Shown: positions 41,520 through 56,475 of the stretch, in pieces | Layout: every line of letters begins with the position of its first letter | Position numbering within the stretch: the stretch's first letter is position 1 | Source of the DNA: Eledone cirrhosa | Taxonomy: Eukaryota | DNA length: 64,000 nt | Direction of reading: 5' to 3' | NCBI GenBank assembly: GCA_964016885.1 | Contig: OZ024754.1 | Span: forward strand, 7,068,001-7,132,000 | The notes under the pieces: generated by a model | Database searches by the model: none | Told to the model about the DNA's origin: nothing | Seen by the model: the letters and a program-made list of their open reading frames with translations, nothing else | Position numbers and translations under genes: made by a program

Positions 41520-41993
41520 ACAGTGTGTGACCGTGTGTGACCGTGTGTGTGTGTGACAGTGTGTGTGTGTGTGTGTGACCGTGTGTGTGTGTGAATGTGT
41601 GTGAGCGTGTGTGTGTGTGTGTGTATGTGACCGTGTGTGTGAGACCATGTGTGTGAATGTGTCTGAGCGCGTGTGTGAATGTGTGTGAGCGTGTGTGTCT
41701 GTGTAAATGTGTGTGAGCGTGTGTGTGTGTGTGTGTGCGTGTGTGAATGTGTGTGAGCATGTGAGTGTGTGTGACCGTGTGTGTGCGTGTGTGAATGTGT
41801 GTGAGCATGTGAGTGTGTGTGACCGTGTGTGTGTGTGAGTGCATGTTTATGTGAGCATGTGTGTGAGCATGTGTGTGTGTGTGAGCATGTGTGTGTGTGA
41901 GCATGTGTGTGTGAGCATGTGTTTGAGCATCTGTGTGTATGTGTGAGAACATGTGTGTGTGTATGTGTGTGTGCATGTGTGTGTGTCTTTGTA

Positions 41994-42027
<34 letters not shown>

Positions 42028-42062
42028 TGTGTGCGTGTGTGTGTGCGTGTGTGCGTGTGCGC
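41155..42062. repeat. Complex (GT)n microsatellite
   Basis: Direct reading. Confidence 0.95.
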
Positions 42063-42161
42063 GAGCTATTTACACAAGATATCTCAAAGGTGAGGTTATA
42101 CAACTTTGGTTCTTATTAGAGAGAATATTTGTCATTCAATTTCTTTTCCTATTAAACAAGT

Positions 42162-43091
42162 ATTATCTTTATTTGCCGAGGTTGACTTTGCCTTTCATCC
42201 TTACGGGGTCGATAAAATAAAGTACCAGTAATGCACTGGGTAATTGCTGGCCTTGTGCCTAAAGTAGAAACAATTATCTTTATTTGTATTTGTGGATTGG
42301 CAGTATCGGTAGAGGGTCGGACGCCATGCTTTGACGCATAGAGTTACGGCCCTTGCCATTCTGAGTTCAAATCCCGTTAAGGTTAACTTTACCTTTCATC
42401 CTTACGGGGTCGATAAAATAAAGTACCAGTAATGCACTGGGTAATTGCTGGCCTTGTGCCTAAAGTAGAAACAATTATCTTTATTTGTATTTGTGGATTG
42501 GCAGTATCGGTAGAGGGTCGGACGCCATGCTTTGACGCATAGAGTTACGGCCCTTGCCATTCTGAGTTCAAATCCTGTTAAGGTTAACTTTACCTTTTAT
42601 CCTTACGGGGTCGATAAAATAAAGTACCAGTAATGCACTGGGTAATTGCTGGCCTTGTGCCTAAAGTAGAAACAATTATCTTTATTTGTATTTGTGGATT
42701 GGCAGTATCGGTAGAGGGTCGGACGCCATGCTTTGACGCATAGAGTTACGGCCCTTGCCATTCTGAGTTCAAATCCCGTTAAGGTTAACTTTACCTTTTA
42801 TCCTTACGGGGTCGATAAAATAAAGTACCAGTAATGCACTGGGTAATTGCTGGCCTTGTGCCTAAAGTAGAAACAATTATCTTTATTTGTATTTGTGGAT
42901 TGGCAGTATCGGTAGAGGGTCGGACGCCATGCTTTGACGCATAGAGTTACGGCCCTTGCCATTCTGAGTTCAAATCCCGTTAAGGTTAACTTTACCTTTC
43001 ATCCTTACGGGGTCGATAAAATAAAGTACCAGTAATACATTGGGTAATTCCTGGCCTTGTGCTAAAAGTAGTAAACAATTATCTTTATTTG
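42162..43091 (+). mobile_element. Tandem array of Meta SINE, 201-bp period, ~4.5 copies
   Basis: Units at 42291, 42492, 42693, 42894; ATTATCTTTATTTG at both ends and between units. Confidence 0.92.
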
Positions 43092-43281
43092 TCAGCGAAT
43101 ACACCTGATCAGACATCGCTGGGGAATGTTTTGTGTTTTGTCAGCGAATAATTTGAACTGTAACACATGTCACATGTCACGCACTCACACACAGGTGCGT
43201 TAGTGTTCGTATGTATGTATGTATGTATGTATGTATGTATGTATGTATGTATGTATGTATGTATGTATGTATGTATGTATG

Positions 43282-43673
43282 TCACCCTCCTCACCAAGAA
43301 ACCTTGGTGGGGTTGCCAGTTTAGTCGCCAACGACCCGACCATGAGACAGGTTGTACTGGGATACATGTTACCAGTAGCACCAACTGGTGACCTGACATA
43401 AGAGAGTGGGACTGGCTTTGTGCAGTGCCTTTGCTCACTATAAAAGCTTCACGGCACAGGCATTGCTTTATATCTGGAGATCTCTCAGCACTTGTCACAT
43501 GGTACCATGGGCCCAGCACTATGTGTCAATAATTGTCACAAGTGTAGTGTTTGTACCAGAGTTTTCAAGTTGCTGGCTGGACTAAAATGTCACTCGTTCA
43601 GCGCATTGGTAGGAGTTCTCCTACATGGATATAAAGTAGTGGCCGTACTCGAAAACGAGTTGGCAGCCACCAT
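43282..43673 (+). mobile_element. Short non-autonomous RTE-derived element between (TATG)n tracts
   Basis: Structured 5' part (copy at 49084-49202) plus finger/tail (copy at 542-760); lone tail at 43947-43983. Confidence 0.65.
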
Positions 43674-44324
43674 GTATGTATGTATGTATGTATGTATGTA
43701 TGTATGTATGTATGTATGTATGTGTATGCATGTATGTATTATTAATGTGTTTGTGTGTGTGTGTATGCATGTATGTATTATTAATGTATGTGTGTGTGTG
43801 TATATGTATGTGTGAGTGTGTGTGTGTGTATATGTGTATGTATATGTATATGTATATATTTCTTTTTTTTTTCTTTTCTTTTTATTTATTACTATTATTA
43901 TTATTATTATTATTATTATTTTTTTTTTCTTTTCTTTCTCCTCGTGCAATGGCCATACTCGATAACGAGGGGGCAGCCATCATGTATGTATGTATGTATG
44001 TATGTATGTATGTATGTATGTATGTATGTTCTTCTGGTTTTATAATTTCATAAATTTTTGCCAATAGAGAGAGAGAGTCGGTTTCTAACATAGTTACAAG
44101 ACTCTCTCATTGAAATTTACACAACATCACCTAGGTAGATATGTATGTATGTCTGCATACATGCATGTGTAGATATGGATGTTATTGTATGTGTGGACGT
44201 GTATGTGCTTAGTATCTGTACATGTGTATATGCAGTTATTAGATGCAGAATTTTTGGAATGTTTTACATATTTTTACAGGTTCCATTAATGGATTGTACT
44301 TGTAATTTCCTAACTAGTTGTGTT

Positions 44325-44730
44325 ATGTATGTATGTATGTATGTATGTATGTATGTATATACAATACATATATTTTCACATACATATACACACATATATA
44401 TATTATATATATATATATAGATATATATATACATATATATACATATATGTATATATACATATATATACATATATATACATATTATATATACATATATATA
44501 CATATATATACACATATATACATAAATATACACATATATATAATATTATATATACATATATATACACCTATATATACATATATATATGTACATATATACG
44601 AGTATATACATATACATATATACATATATATATATATACATATATATACACATATATATACACCTATATATGCATATATATATATACACCTATATATATA
44701 CATATATATCCACATAAATATGCATATATC
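44325..44730. repeat. (TATG)/(TA)/(CATA) microsatellite
   Basis: Direct reading. Confidence 0.9.
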
Positions 44731-45463
44731 TGTTAGACACGCAGTGACTAACAACAGAATGTTTTAAGTCTGCATGCTGTCTGACAATATATGCGTAGCT
44801 TGTGAATAAAAGATTCAAGGGGTATCACTGGCCGTGGCGATTCCTTCCAAACATGTTTTGTAATGTATCGTCTTATTGGCTAATTTCACCGTCTTATTGG
44901 CTAATCAACCAACGAAAGTTATTGTTGTTCAAAAGCGTTTTGTTTGCACGTTTATTTATCGTTTCGCTTTCGAATCTCTCTCCTGTATTTTGTCGTTTTA
45001 TCATCAAAATATTTTTCTCATTTTGGTAAGTTATATTGTTAATTTATATATGATTTTTTAAATTTATATTAACTATTTTTTTTCAGTTCGTTATAACATG
45101 CTTAGAATATTGGTTGTATCATATTTACTTGTATATACAGTATGTCCACATTATTGTTCGTTTTATGTTAGATTATTTTATTATTATTATGTTAGATTAT
45201 TTTTTTTATTATTATGTTAGACTATTTGTTTGTAATATTTAATTTTTATTAATTCAACTATAACAATTATTATGTAAAATATATTTATTTAATATTGATT
45301 GGTTTTTTGTAGTATATATTTTTATACATCTTACAATAATATTTATAAGATCATTTATAAAATAACAATTATATAATCTAATTACATTACAACGATAATT
45401 TATTATTAATATATATCATGTTTAACTAGAGTTATTACAAGCGTTGCCCTAAAGAAATATTAA

Positions 45464-45906
45464 ACTAGACCTGAAATTTGCGCAAGCTCAAAAGAGCCAC
45501 AGAATGTTATAATAAACCTTCAAAAGTGTGGGACTAGAGTTGTTGCTCAAAAATATTGTAATCATTATCTATCGTACACTCTGTGGCATCCTTTTATAAA
45601 ACAGAGACTCATAACGAACTGAAGACGACACGATAATTATTTAAGTGAATTTATAATATAGAATTCGGTTTAAGTGCATTTCGTATTAATCGTTACTAAA
45701 CATCTAATATGAGAACATTAGCTTAAATAATTATCGTGTCGTCTTGAGTTCGTTATGAGTCTCTTTTTTTTAATAAAATGATGCCACAGAGTGTACGATA
45801 GATAATGATGACAATATTTTTGAGCAACAACTCTAGTCCCACACTTTTGAAGGTTTATTATAACATTCTGTGGCTCTTTTGAGCTTGCGCATTTTTCAGG
45901 TCTAGT
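45464..45906. mobile_element. Fold-back element with ~180-bp inverted arms and a ~76-bp spacer
   Basis: 45464-45645 vs 45722-45906; ends ACTAGACC/GGTCTAGT. Confidence 0.8.
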
Positions 45907-46135
45907 ATATACATATACAAACGTGCGAACTCGAACCGAAATATACACCATATATAAAATGATCTAGTCTCTTATCAAACCAACAACCCGCTTCTTACAC
46001 ACTTTGTAGAAATACGTCAGTAGTTAAAAATATTTAAGTCTGCCCCTTACCAAATAAGAGAAAATCATCAAACATTTGTTCAAAACAGAGTGATTTTCTT
46101 TTATATTAACACTGATGCCACTTTCGTAGAAATTA

Positions 46136-47021
46136 GGCAGTATCGGTAGAGGCTCGGGCGACATACCCTTTATGATCTGAGTTCAAATGCCGCCGAGGTT
46201 AACTTTGCCTTTCATCCTTAATGGGTCGATAAAATAAAGTACCAGATAGGCACTAGGGTCGATTTAATCGACTTACCCCTCCCCGCAAAATTTCTGGCCT
46301 TGTGTCTATATAAGAAACCATTACTTAGAGTTATGCTATTCCAAAATTTACAACTCAAATATTCATAAATAAAGGATTGGTGTCGTCAAATCTTAAAAAC
46401 AAAAAATATTGGGACATTTTGCATAATTTGTAGAATGAGTTGAAAATATATTTTATATTCCTGGTTTTATCTTCTTCAACATCTACAAATGTAACATAAT
46501 GGTGTCCTGTTGTCTATCCTGTATTTTATACATGCATCTGACATCGAAATATTTTCTCTTCGTATTTAACATATCCATTTATTTCTCAGCACATTTTATT
46601 GATATTGCAGTTTATTTACTTTTTAATGTCTCCATACTTTCACATAAGAGTTTTCGCTTCGTTTCGTTTCGTTTTTTTTGATTTCCTTCATAATTTTAGC
46701 TTATATTTATAATTTATATCAAATTTTAGCATTTATAGTGCCTAAAAGCTTTTTAACAATATTTAAGTGTCTTCTATTTGTAATTAGATGATACACAAAA
46801 ATAGATCAAATAAGCAAAAGTCTGTGTTCTTAAAATAAATAATTTCTAAAAACAATTGTTTCTACTTTAGGCACAAGGCCAGCAATTACCCAGTGCATTA
46901 CTGGTACTTTATTTTATCAACCCCGTAAGGATGAAAGGCAAAGTCAACCTCGGCGGGATTTGAACTCAGATCGTAAAGGGACGTAACTATGCTGGAAAGC
47001 ATGGCGTCCGACCCTCTACCG
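46136..47021. mobile_element. Meta SINEs (46136-46322 on +, 46853-47021 on -)
   Basis: Family motifs. Confidence 0.8.
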
Positions 47022-47283
47022 AATGCAGGTAAGCAATAAAAAAAGATTTATTGAGTTATAGAAGAGACAAAAGTGAAGTATTTGGAGAAATGTTTTATGG
47101 AATTAAAGGAAAAGAAAAGAAGTTTAGAAAGGAGAAATAAAATGAAACATTAGAAAGAAGTAAGAGAATAAAGAAGGTTACCTGCTTTTATCTAACAAAT
47201 AAAAGAGAAATATTGGAAGAACGATATGTTTTTATTTCGTTCTCAGTATTTAAATATATATTAAGACTTAGAAACATGGAAAG

Positions 47284-47333
<50 letters not shown>

Positions 47334-47827
47334 AAAAGAAATCGAAAATGCAACTGGAGTCTTTTTAGGGATATTTATTTGTTTCCTTTACCGGTTTTCA
47401 CAGTTCTTATGCTGTTCAAAAGTAGAATTGAGATGGAGGGTTTGTGGTTTTTCTCGCATCTGGTTGGTGTTCGAATGTTACTTCTGTTTTACGTAGAAAA
47501 AAGTGGCTCGAATTGCTAGGTTTTTAAAAAAGATAATTTGATTGGTTGATGACTGTCACGTGAATAAGTATAATCAATTTCTCGCCAGTTCGCTTTTGAG
47601 GGTATCTTTATTGGCATTTTCACTTAAAAATGTGGCTCAAATTGTTTTTTATTTTTATAAATGTAATTTGGTTGGCTGATGACTGTCACGTGAATAAGTA
47701 TATACATATATATATATATATATAAGATATTTAATTTGTTGGTAAATCAACAAATATATTTATCCAAACGGAACCTGAATCGTTAAGGTCTGATTCCTGG
47801 TATGTCACTATTTATAAAACAAATTTT

Positions 47828-47890
47828 TTATTTTATCTGATGAGAGCGTACCAAAGTTTTGGTACCCTTGAAATATATATAATAGAATAA
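47828..47890 (+). ncRNA. Hammerhead (family B) with 9-bp stem I
   Basis: TTATTTTAT-CTGATGA-GAGcGTACCAAA gt TTTGGTACcCTT-GAAA-TATATA-TA-ATAGAATAA. Confidence 0.8.
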
Positions 47891-48509
47891 ATATGGTTTT
47901 ATAAATATAGTTTCCATTTATTTAATATCATTGATAACCCCCCCCCCCACACACATATACAGTAAAAAAAACTCACGCAAACATCGTATTGACTGGATAA
48001 CTAAACAAATAAACCTATGTTAGCTGTTATTTTTCCTCTTAAATATTACTTATATAAGTTACTCTTAACTTATATTCTTCCTAAATTCTCTTCTGAAAAA
48101 CGTCATTCTATTCCTGTATCAACCAATATAATTAATATTACAGATGACAGATAGTGTTACTGTAAGAATCAATTTACACCTCTTCCCTTTCTAATCTATG
48201 TTTCCGTCTAAACTTTATATCAACACTACACACTTATCTATCCTGTTGCTGAAAATATTTATATATAAGAAACTATAACTTTCTTTTTGATTTCCAAATG
48301 ACTTTTCTGAACTTACGCGAATTTATCATGATTTGTGGTGTGTTGTGATGAGCTTAGAATTGATTTTAAACTAAATACTTAAAAGAAGATAAGAAAATTT
48401 AATTGAAAATCATTTTGTTTCTATTAATCAATTGTCTAGTAGGTATCCTGGTTTATTTTCAAATATTAGAAGAAAATAAACACTAAATATGTATAAATGT
48501 ATCAACAGC

Positions 48510-48543
<34 letters not shown>

Positions 48544-49243
48544 TAGATAGATAGATAGATAGAGAGAGAGAATACTGATCAGTTTTTGATAGGGAGCGTA
48601 TTTTCATTTGGCTAGTTAATGTCTGCGTGTCTGCAATTTATCCAGACTCTCCATCCATACATATAAACATATATAGATGATGGCTGCAAACTCTGCTAAG
48701 AGTATTGCAGTCGCTTGTCAGATTGCAGAAAATGGTGCACCTTTAGGCTACGGCCAGCCACACGAACCTGTAACATATCCTAAACAAACAATGCCTGTTC
48801 TTTGAAGGTGTTTTAGGTGGGGAAAAGCCTTGGACTCGACCATTCCCACCCTCTGAGCATCGAAAACACTACCCGAAAAAGAGAACTGGTCAACATCATC
48901 GGATGCTTCCGAAGCCGCAGGTTTTTTTCAGAGATTCCCTCTCCTAGAAAGATGTTGTGACAACAACTGGGGGCCTTTCACTCTCAGTTGAAAAAGAAAA
49001 GTCCTATTTGGATGGCCGTTGACTCTGCCGAGTTCCTCCTCCTTTTGCCGGGTCTTGTATTGCATCCCGCAGGCTTTCAAATATCACCCTCCTCACCAAG
49101 CAAGCCTGGTGGGGGTTGCCGGTTTAGTCGCCAATGACCCGACCATGAGACGTGTTGTACTGGGTTACATGTTACCAGTAGCACTCGAGAGCGACCTGAC
49201 ATACATAGATACATATCTATATACATACATACACACATACACA

Positions 49244-49277
<34 letters not shown>

Positions 49278-49817
49278 GGTGACCGACTGAAGCCTGGCTG
49301 GATGTTCAAATTTATGCCTGGTCTAGGACATGGAAATTTCTATTTTTAATTCTCACTGGAATAATATTTTAAATTCAACCGAATAGGCCACAATTAATAA
49401 ATTAAATTATATAATTAATATGTAATTATTTAGATATGTAAATTAATATTAAACAATTTCTCCAAAGCATTCAAATATCAAATATATCCACCTGTTTGAT
49501 CGTCAGATAATTTTTCTTATTAATTCACATCTTCAATATCTTTCAAGTGTTGCTGGCTGTGATGCAATATAATTCTCTCTCTTTTAGTAAACATTTGCTA
49601 GAATTGCTGCCATTAAATAACGTATTATAGAAGAATTGCTGTCGAGGGAATTAACTTTAATTCTACAGAAATGTAATATCATTATAATTACTGATATCAG
49701 TCTCTCAGGTTAAGGTTTCTTATGAAGGTTGGCTTACGAAATATATTTTCGGACAGTGAATTGGCACAAGCTTAAAGTAGACACTGTAAATATTAACTGC
49801 ATTTATTTCCGTACACA

Positions 49818-51117
<1,300 letters not shown>

Positions 51118-52339
51118 GAGAGAGAGAGAAATGGTTATATATGGTGTAGAAGTTTTATATACAATGACGTAAGTTTGGTAATTCTGTAGGGCAATTAAAC
51201 CTCTCAAAATGGTGAATTAGCTGAGACATCACTACGTCTCATTTAAACTCTGGTCGTATTTATTCTGGCTCCCTACATTCTGAGTTCAAATCATGCTGAG
51301 ATCAATATCATCTTTTATCATTACCGGGATAATATATTAAGTATCAATTGAATCCAATAACGTATATTCTCTCTGAAAGAAATTGTCACTAGATGGAGCT
51401 AAATACACTGTTTATCCAATCATGGCCATACTACAGGGAGGAAATTATCTTGAGGGCCGTACTGAGGAAATAATCTCATTACAGTTGAATCAATATTTCT
51501 GCAACATCAAAGTCTTATTAAATATAGCCTCAAAGTTATTTTATATGTATTTCTGTTATATAGGAGATTGAATTATGTTATAAAATAATCTAAAACCTAC
51601 AGGAGACATAATCTCTACATTGACACATCTTCAGTTTGAAATAAATTGTAAAGACATAACAAATCACTATCAAGAGTACAGAAGACCTTTAGTTGCCTTT
51701 TCTTGGGAGAAATATTTTCAAATATCAAATATGATATGAATTTGTAAATTTAATATAAAAAGTTTCATATATTAAACAAGGCAATCATCTATTCATATAT
51801 TTAATATCAATGAAACAATGTCTTTATTAAATTTACTGTTTAGTCATTAATTTTCTCTGTCCAACTAGAATTGATTTATTTACTTCTGATGTTCAGGCTA
51901 TTTTTCCTTGTTTATTTTATACCTCATACCCAGTCTTTGTCCACCAATAAAACAATAGATACTCCATGAATAAAATGATAAAATGATGTCGCTTATTAAG
52001 TTGAAAGTATCAAAACTATAAATTTCGGTGAGGAATCTACGCCACATATTAAATGAGATATCAAATATCTTCAACTTTTAAATCTATTGCTTTATATATA
52101 CTAAAGAAATTATTTCATAATTCATCTCAGATTTCAAATTTGAAGAAATTACTTATTTTCTTAGTTTTGTTCTGCTGCATGAAAAAAGAAGTGAATATAT
52201 TTCTTTGCATTTCTACAGAGAAAAACATTATCTTTCTCTTCTAGTTTGAAGATATTGTATATGGCAAATAGATCGGCGTTTATTATATATTGATATTGGT
52301 ATTGTGGGAAAACATATTCGAATAATGAAAACTATCTTC

Positions 52340-52564
52340 AAGGTCTCACGAGACCTTCAAGATAGTAAAGAATCATCTGTACTCTACCAACATGCTAAAA
52401 TAGAACATAAGGTTAAATTAGAGAACATAGAAATAAAAATAGAATCTACACACAGAAAAGACGCAATGTTTAGACAAATCACAGAGGCAATAAACATAAA
52501 AGAATTACAACCAAAATTAAATAGAAAACATGAGTGGAACAGCAACATCACAACTTACAATTAA
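52340..52564 (+). pseudogene. Penelope-like GIY-YIG endonuclease C-terminal remnant
   Basis: SVLYQHAKIEH..IKIESTHRKDAMFRQITEAINIKELQPKLNRKHEW fits S.L..H....H...R.I.EA..I....P.LN. Confidence 0.75.
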
Positions 52565-52763
52565 GGACAAAATGAAAACACACGCACATAGAACAAACAA
52601 CCAACCAGTAACATGTAAATAAACAAATAAATAAATGAATATAAACACACACAGACACCCGGATGTGGCGCATGCGCAGAATGAACACACAACACACACA
52701 CAGAAACAAGATGGCGTAGGACAGAACAAAGGAGAGGCACAAAAACAAAGAAAAGAATCCCCA

Positions 52764-52806
52764 GTCACTGAAGAGGTCACAGAATGTGTGACGAAAGAAC
52801 TTTGAC
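52764..52806 (+). ncRNA. Hammerhead in PLE pLTR
   Basis: GTCA-CTGAAGA-G-GTCACA gaatg TGTGAC-GAAA-GAAC-TT-TGAC. Confidence 0.75.
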
Positions 52807-53008
52807 AATATATAAACAATCATCTGGTTGTGGAACCAACCAACCGGAAATTTATAAATTCCTAAATTTATAAATTTATTATAATAAATTGAAGTGAAAG
52901 CAACTGGTGCGTGTGTTTCTTATTGGCAACATGACCCTCCCAAAGTATAACAATATCGGTTTCAACACACGTTTTCAGATAAAGAATCTTGCTAAACAAA
53001 TTCAGAAA

Positions 53009-53058
<50 letters not shown>

Positions 53059-53421
53059 ATAATAATAAATTTGAAGACTAAAATCCAAAGTTTCAGAAGA
53101 TCCCGTTAAGGGTGAAAGCAGCGATTCTTTGCTTAAACTTTAATCTGTTATTTTAATAAATATATATATATATATATAAATAGTTATGATAATAAATTTG
53201 AAGACTAAAATCCAAAGAGGGCTCGATAAGGATAAATATATATCAAATATATAAGAACCTTAAGATCCCGTTAAGGGTGAAAGCAGCGATTCTTTGCTTA
53301 AACTTTAATCTGTTATTTTAATATATATATATATATATATCGTTTCTGAATTTGTTTAGCATCTTGTTATATTGTTATATTGTTATATTGTTATATTGGC
53401 AACATGACCCTCCCAAAGTAT

Positions 53422-53500
<79 letters not shown>

Positions 53501-53613
53501 CATATATGCATACGCACACACGTGTGAGTATGTGTGTATGCTTGTATGTATTTCAAGCGTTAAACTAATATATTTCTTGTGCCTGTACTGTGCCGTTCAT
53601 TTTGTTATTCGTG

Positions 53614-53675
<62 letters not shown>

Positions 53676-53684
53676 AAAATAAAA

Positions 53685-54050
53685 CAAGTACGAATGGTTA
53701 ATCCTTCATTACGTTTATTATGTTGGTGACGCGCGTCTCACTATTGATCAGCTCAAGGTTCGATCTGTAAAAATCTAGTCTGACTCTGTAATCAAAGGCT
53801 CGTCGGACCTCTTTGGTGATAATGACAGAATGAATATGGTTGTAAGTTCAACACTTTTACCACTGGGCCACTTGCCTCCACATATTCACATATATGTATA
53901 TTCATTCTGTCATTACTACCAAAGATGCCCGACGAGCCAGTGATTACAGAGCCGGATTAGATCGATACAGCTCTAACCTTGAGCTGATCGATAGCGAAAC
54001 GCGCGTCACCAACCAATAAACGTAATGAAGGAGTAACCATTCGTTCTTGT
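53685..54050. mobile_element. PLE pLTR-like family G inverted pair with CCGACGA hammerheads (53725-53810 on -, 53929-54010 on +)
   Basis: Inverted ~150-bp arms; GAAA-CGCGCG-TC-ACC. Confidence 0.7.
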
Positions 54051-55007
54051 TTGGCAGTATCGGTAGAGGGTCGGACGCCATGCTTTCCAGCATAGTTACG
54101 TCCCTTTATGATCTGAGTTCAAATCCCGCCGAGGTTGACTTTACCTTTCATCCTTACGGGGTCGATAAAATAAAGTACCAGTAATGCACTGGGTAATTTG
54201 CTGGCCTTGTGCCTAAAGTAGAAACAATTATATTACACTCTGTTTTGCTCTACACCTCGATACTGACGTGAATCTAAACATCGAGTGCTCACCCGGGTGA
54301 ACCTACAGTAATTCTGTGTTACACTCCCTGGATATATATATATTGCGTGTTGTGCGTGTACGTGTATCAAATGGGAAATGAGAGACTTTGGTCAGATGCC
54401 GTGAGTACATGCAGCTATAACTCTGTAAAGGTCGCCTCTAAGGTCTCAAACAAAGAACTGAACAATGTTATCAAATCTATGAATTATATTGTCTGTAGTA
54501 AAATATTTAAGAGATATCCTAAGGGATAATTAAATATTCAATTCTGTATTATTTATTGATATCTAAATATTAATTATTGATCAGCGACAGAAAATAATTA
54601 TGACAAATCAATAAAGTGAGACAAAAAAATAACATGATTTGTGGTTGAATTAGATTTCCCAGCGAATTATCAACATTATCATTTTTGAAAATTGTATTTA
54701 TAACTTTAGAAAACGAATTGTTAGCTACTCTGATTTTAAATGCAGTTGGTGTCACCTTCTCTTTAAATTATTTTGGACGTCGTTAAAATAATGATTTCTA
54801 GTAGAGGCACACGGTCAGTAATTTGGTTGGAGAGGAAAGTCGATTAAATCGACCCCAGTACGTTAGAAATCATTATTTTGTCCGGTGGATTGGCACTATC
54901 AGTAGAGGGTCGTACGCCATGCTTTGACCCATAGAGTTACAACCCTTGCCATTCTGAGTTCAAATCCCGCCGAGGTTAACTTTACGGGGTCGATAAAATA
55001 AAGTACT
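54051..55007. mobile_element. Meta SINEs (54051-54230 +, 54790-54860 -, 54884-55007 +)
   Basis: Family motifs. Confidence 0.8.
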
Positions 55008-55029
55008 GCCCATGTCTCACTACAATGCA

Positions 55030-55305
55030 GCATCGCGCATCTCACACAAGCATCATACAATAGAGGAAGCAGCTCCCTAAACTTCTTCCAACCCGTCCTT
55101 ATTCTAGATACTATGGCCTCAGAACACCCCCTACCATGCTCATCTGATCACCTAGGTACCGGAAGCTATCAACCACTTCTATAGAACCACCTGCATTTGA
55201 AAAATGTGTCTTATCACTGCGACTTCTACTGTCAAATTTCCCTGTACATCTACTGTATAGGTAGCTTTCCCTACCTGTTAGTTTGCCTGCTATACCACTA
55301 CATCT
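55030..55305 (-). mobile_element. RTE-like LINE RT C-terminal remnant
   Basis: GGSIEVVDSFRYLGDQMS..GG motif. Confidence 0.75.
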
Positions 55306-55801
55306 GCATACAAATAAATAGTTATACAAATAAATAAACATGTATATGTTTATTTATTTGTATAACTATCATTTAAATATGTCTGGGGAATGCTCAAACA
55401 CTTTGGACGATAATTTCATGAAAGATTTTCAGTTCATTCAATTCTAATTCTCCTTGATTTTTGTTTTTCTTTCCCAACGAAGGACATTCACTCGTATCAT
55501 TTACATAACAAATTTACAAACTAATTAATTATAGAGTTATAGTTTAGTTCTAAGAACATCATTTTCTGTCATAGTTTTAATTAAAATGTTCTTCACACAT
55601 AAACATATCAATAGCTTGAAAACACCTGTGTTAATTAATGAAAAAAAAATGCCTGACAGTTTTTGTTTCTTTATATTGGAATTAGATATCATCCCAACAT
55701 CAATTTACCATATAAATATATTTCGAAGTTATAATACACCTCCATCGAAGTATGTATAAACTACGTAATATGTAGTTAACCTTACTGTAGTAGGTGATAT
55801 A

Positions 55802-56133
55802 CAGACCTGCCAACCTGAAAACCCAACCGGGGAGTACCATGAAAGAAAAGTGCCCACAAACCGGGAGAAATGAAGCAAAATAGCAACGTCCACTCTTTTG
55901 TTTTTTTCTGGGGGTGGGAGGAGCGAGTCACCTACTCTTCATTGAGACATCTCTCTAGAAGGTCACTCTGATATAAAACCTACCACTTCGTTTGCATCCA
56001 ATAATGTAGACCAGTTTCAAGTATCAAGCAATGTCATTATTCAAAATCGATTTTACATAATGAAAGCTATAGCCATTTTGACAAGAGAAGACATCTCTCA
56101 CCCACCCCAAGGCGAGGAAAGTTGACAGGTCTG
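55802..56133. mobile_element. MITE with 13-bp TIRs
   Basis: CAGACCTGCCAAC / GTTGACAGGTCTG; no clear TSD. Confidence 0.6.
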
Positions 56134-56299
56134 CATATATTCAGATTTGGGTCTATGTCAACAATTTCGTTTCTGTTTTGAAATTGTGCCGTTTCAAATA
56201 CCTTGACAATTTTACATATGTCAATACATTTAAGAATAAAATAAAATATTATCGTAACGAACTATCACACCTCTGATACTATGGCCATAGGTTAGAATG

Positions 56300-56475
56300 T
56301 CTCAGGAAAGAATCGAAGCAACCGTCTCCAACTGACCCGGCTGGATCCCCAAGCTCATGGATGTTATCCAACCATCTTGCTCGGGATCTACCCCTGTGTT
56401 TTTTGTTGCCGGTTGGTTTTACCCATAAAATCTGTCCAGTGATTCTTTCCTGAGACGTTCTAACCACATGCCCAT
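56300..56475 (-). mobile_element. RTE LINE C-terminal remnant
   Basis: GHVVRTSQERITGQILWVKPTG..RGRSRARWLDNI. Confidence 0.75.
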
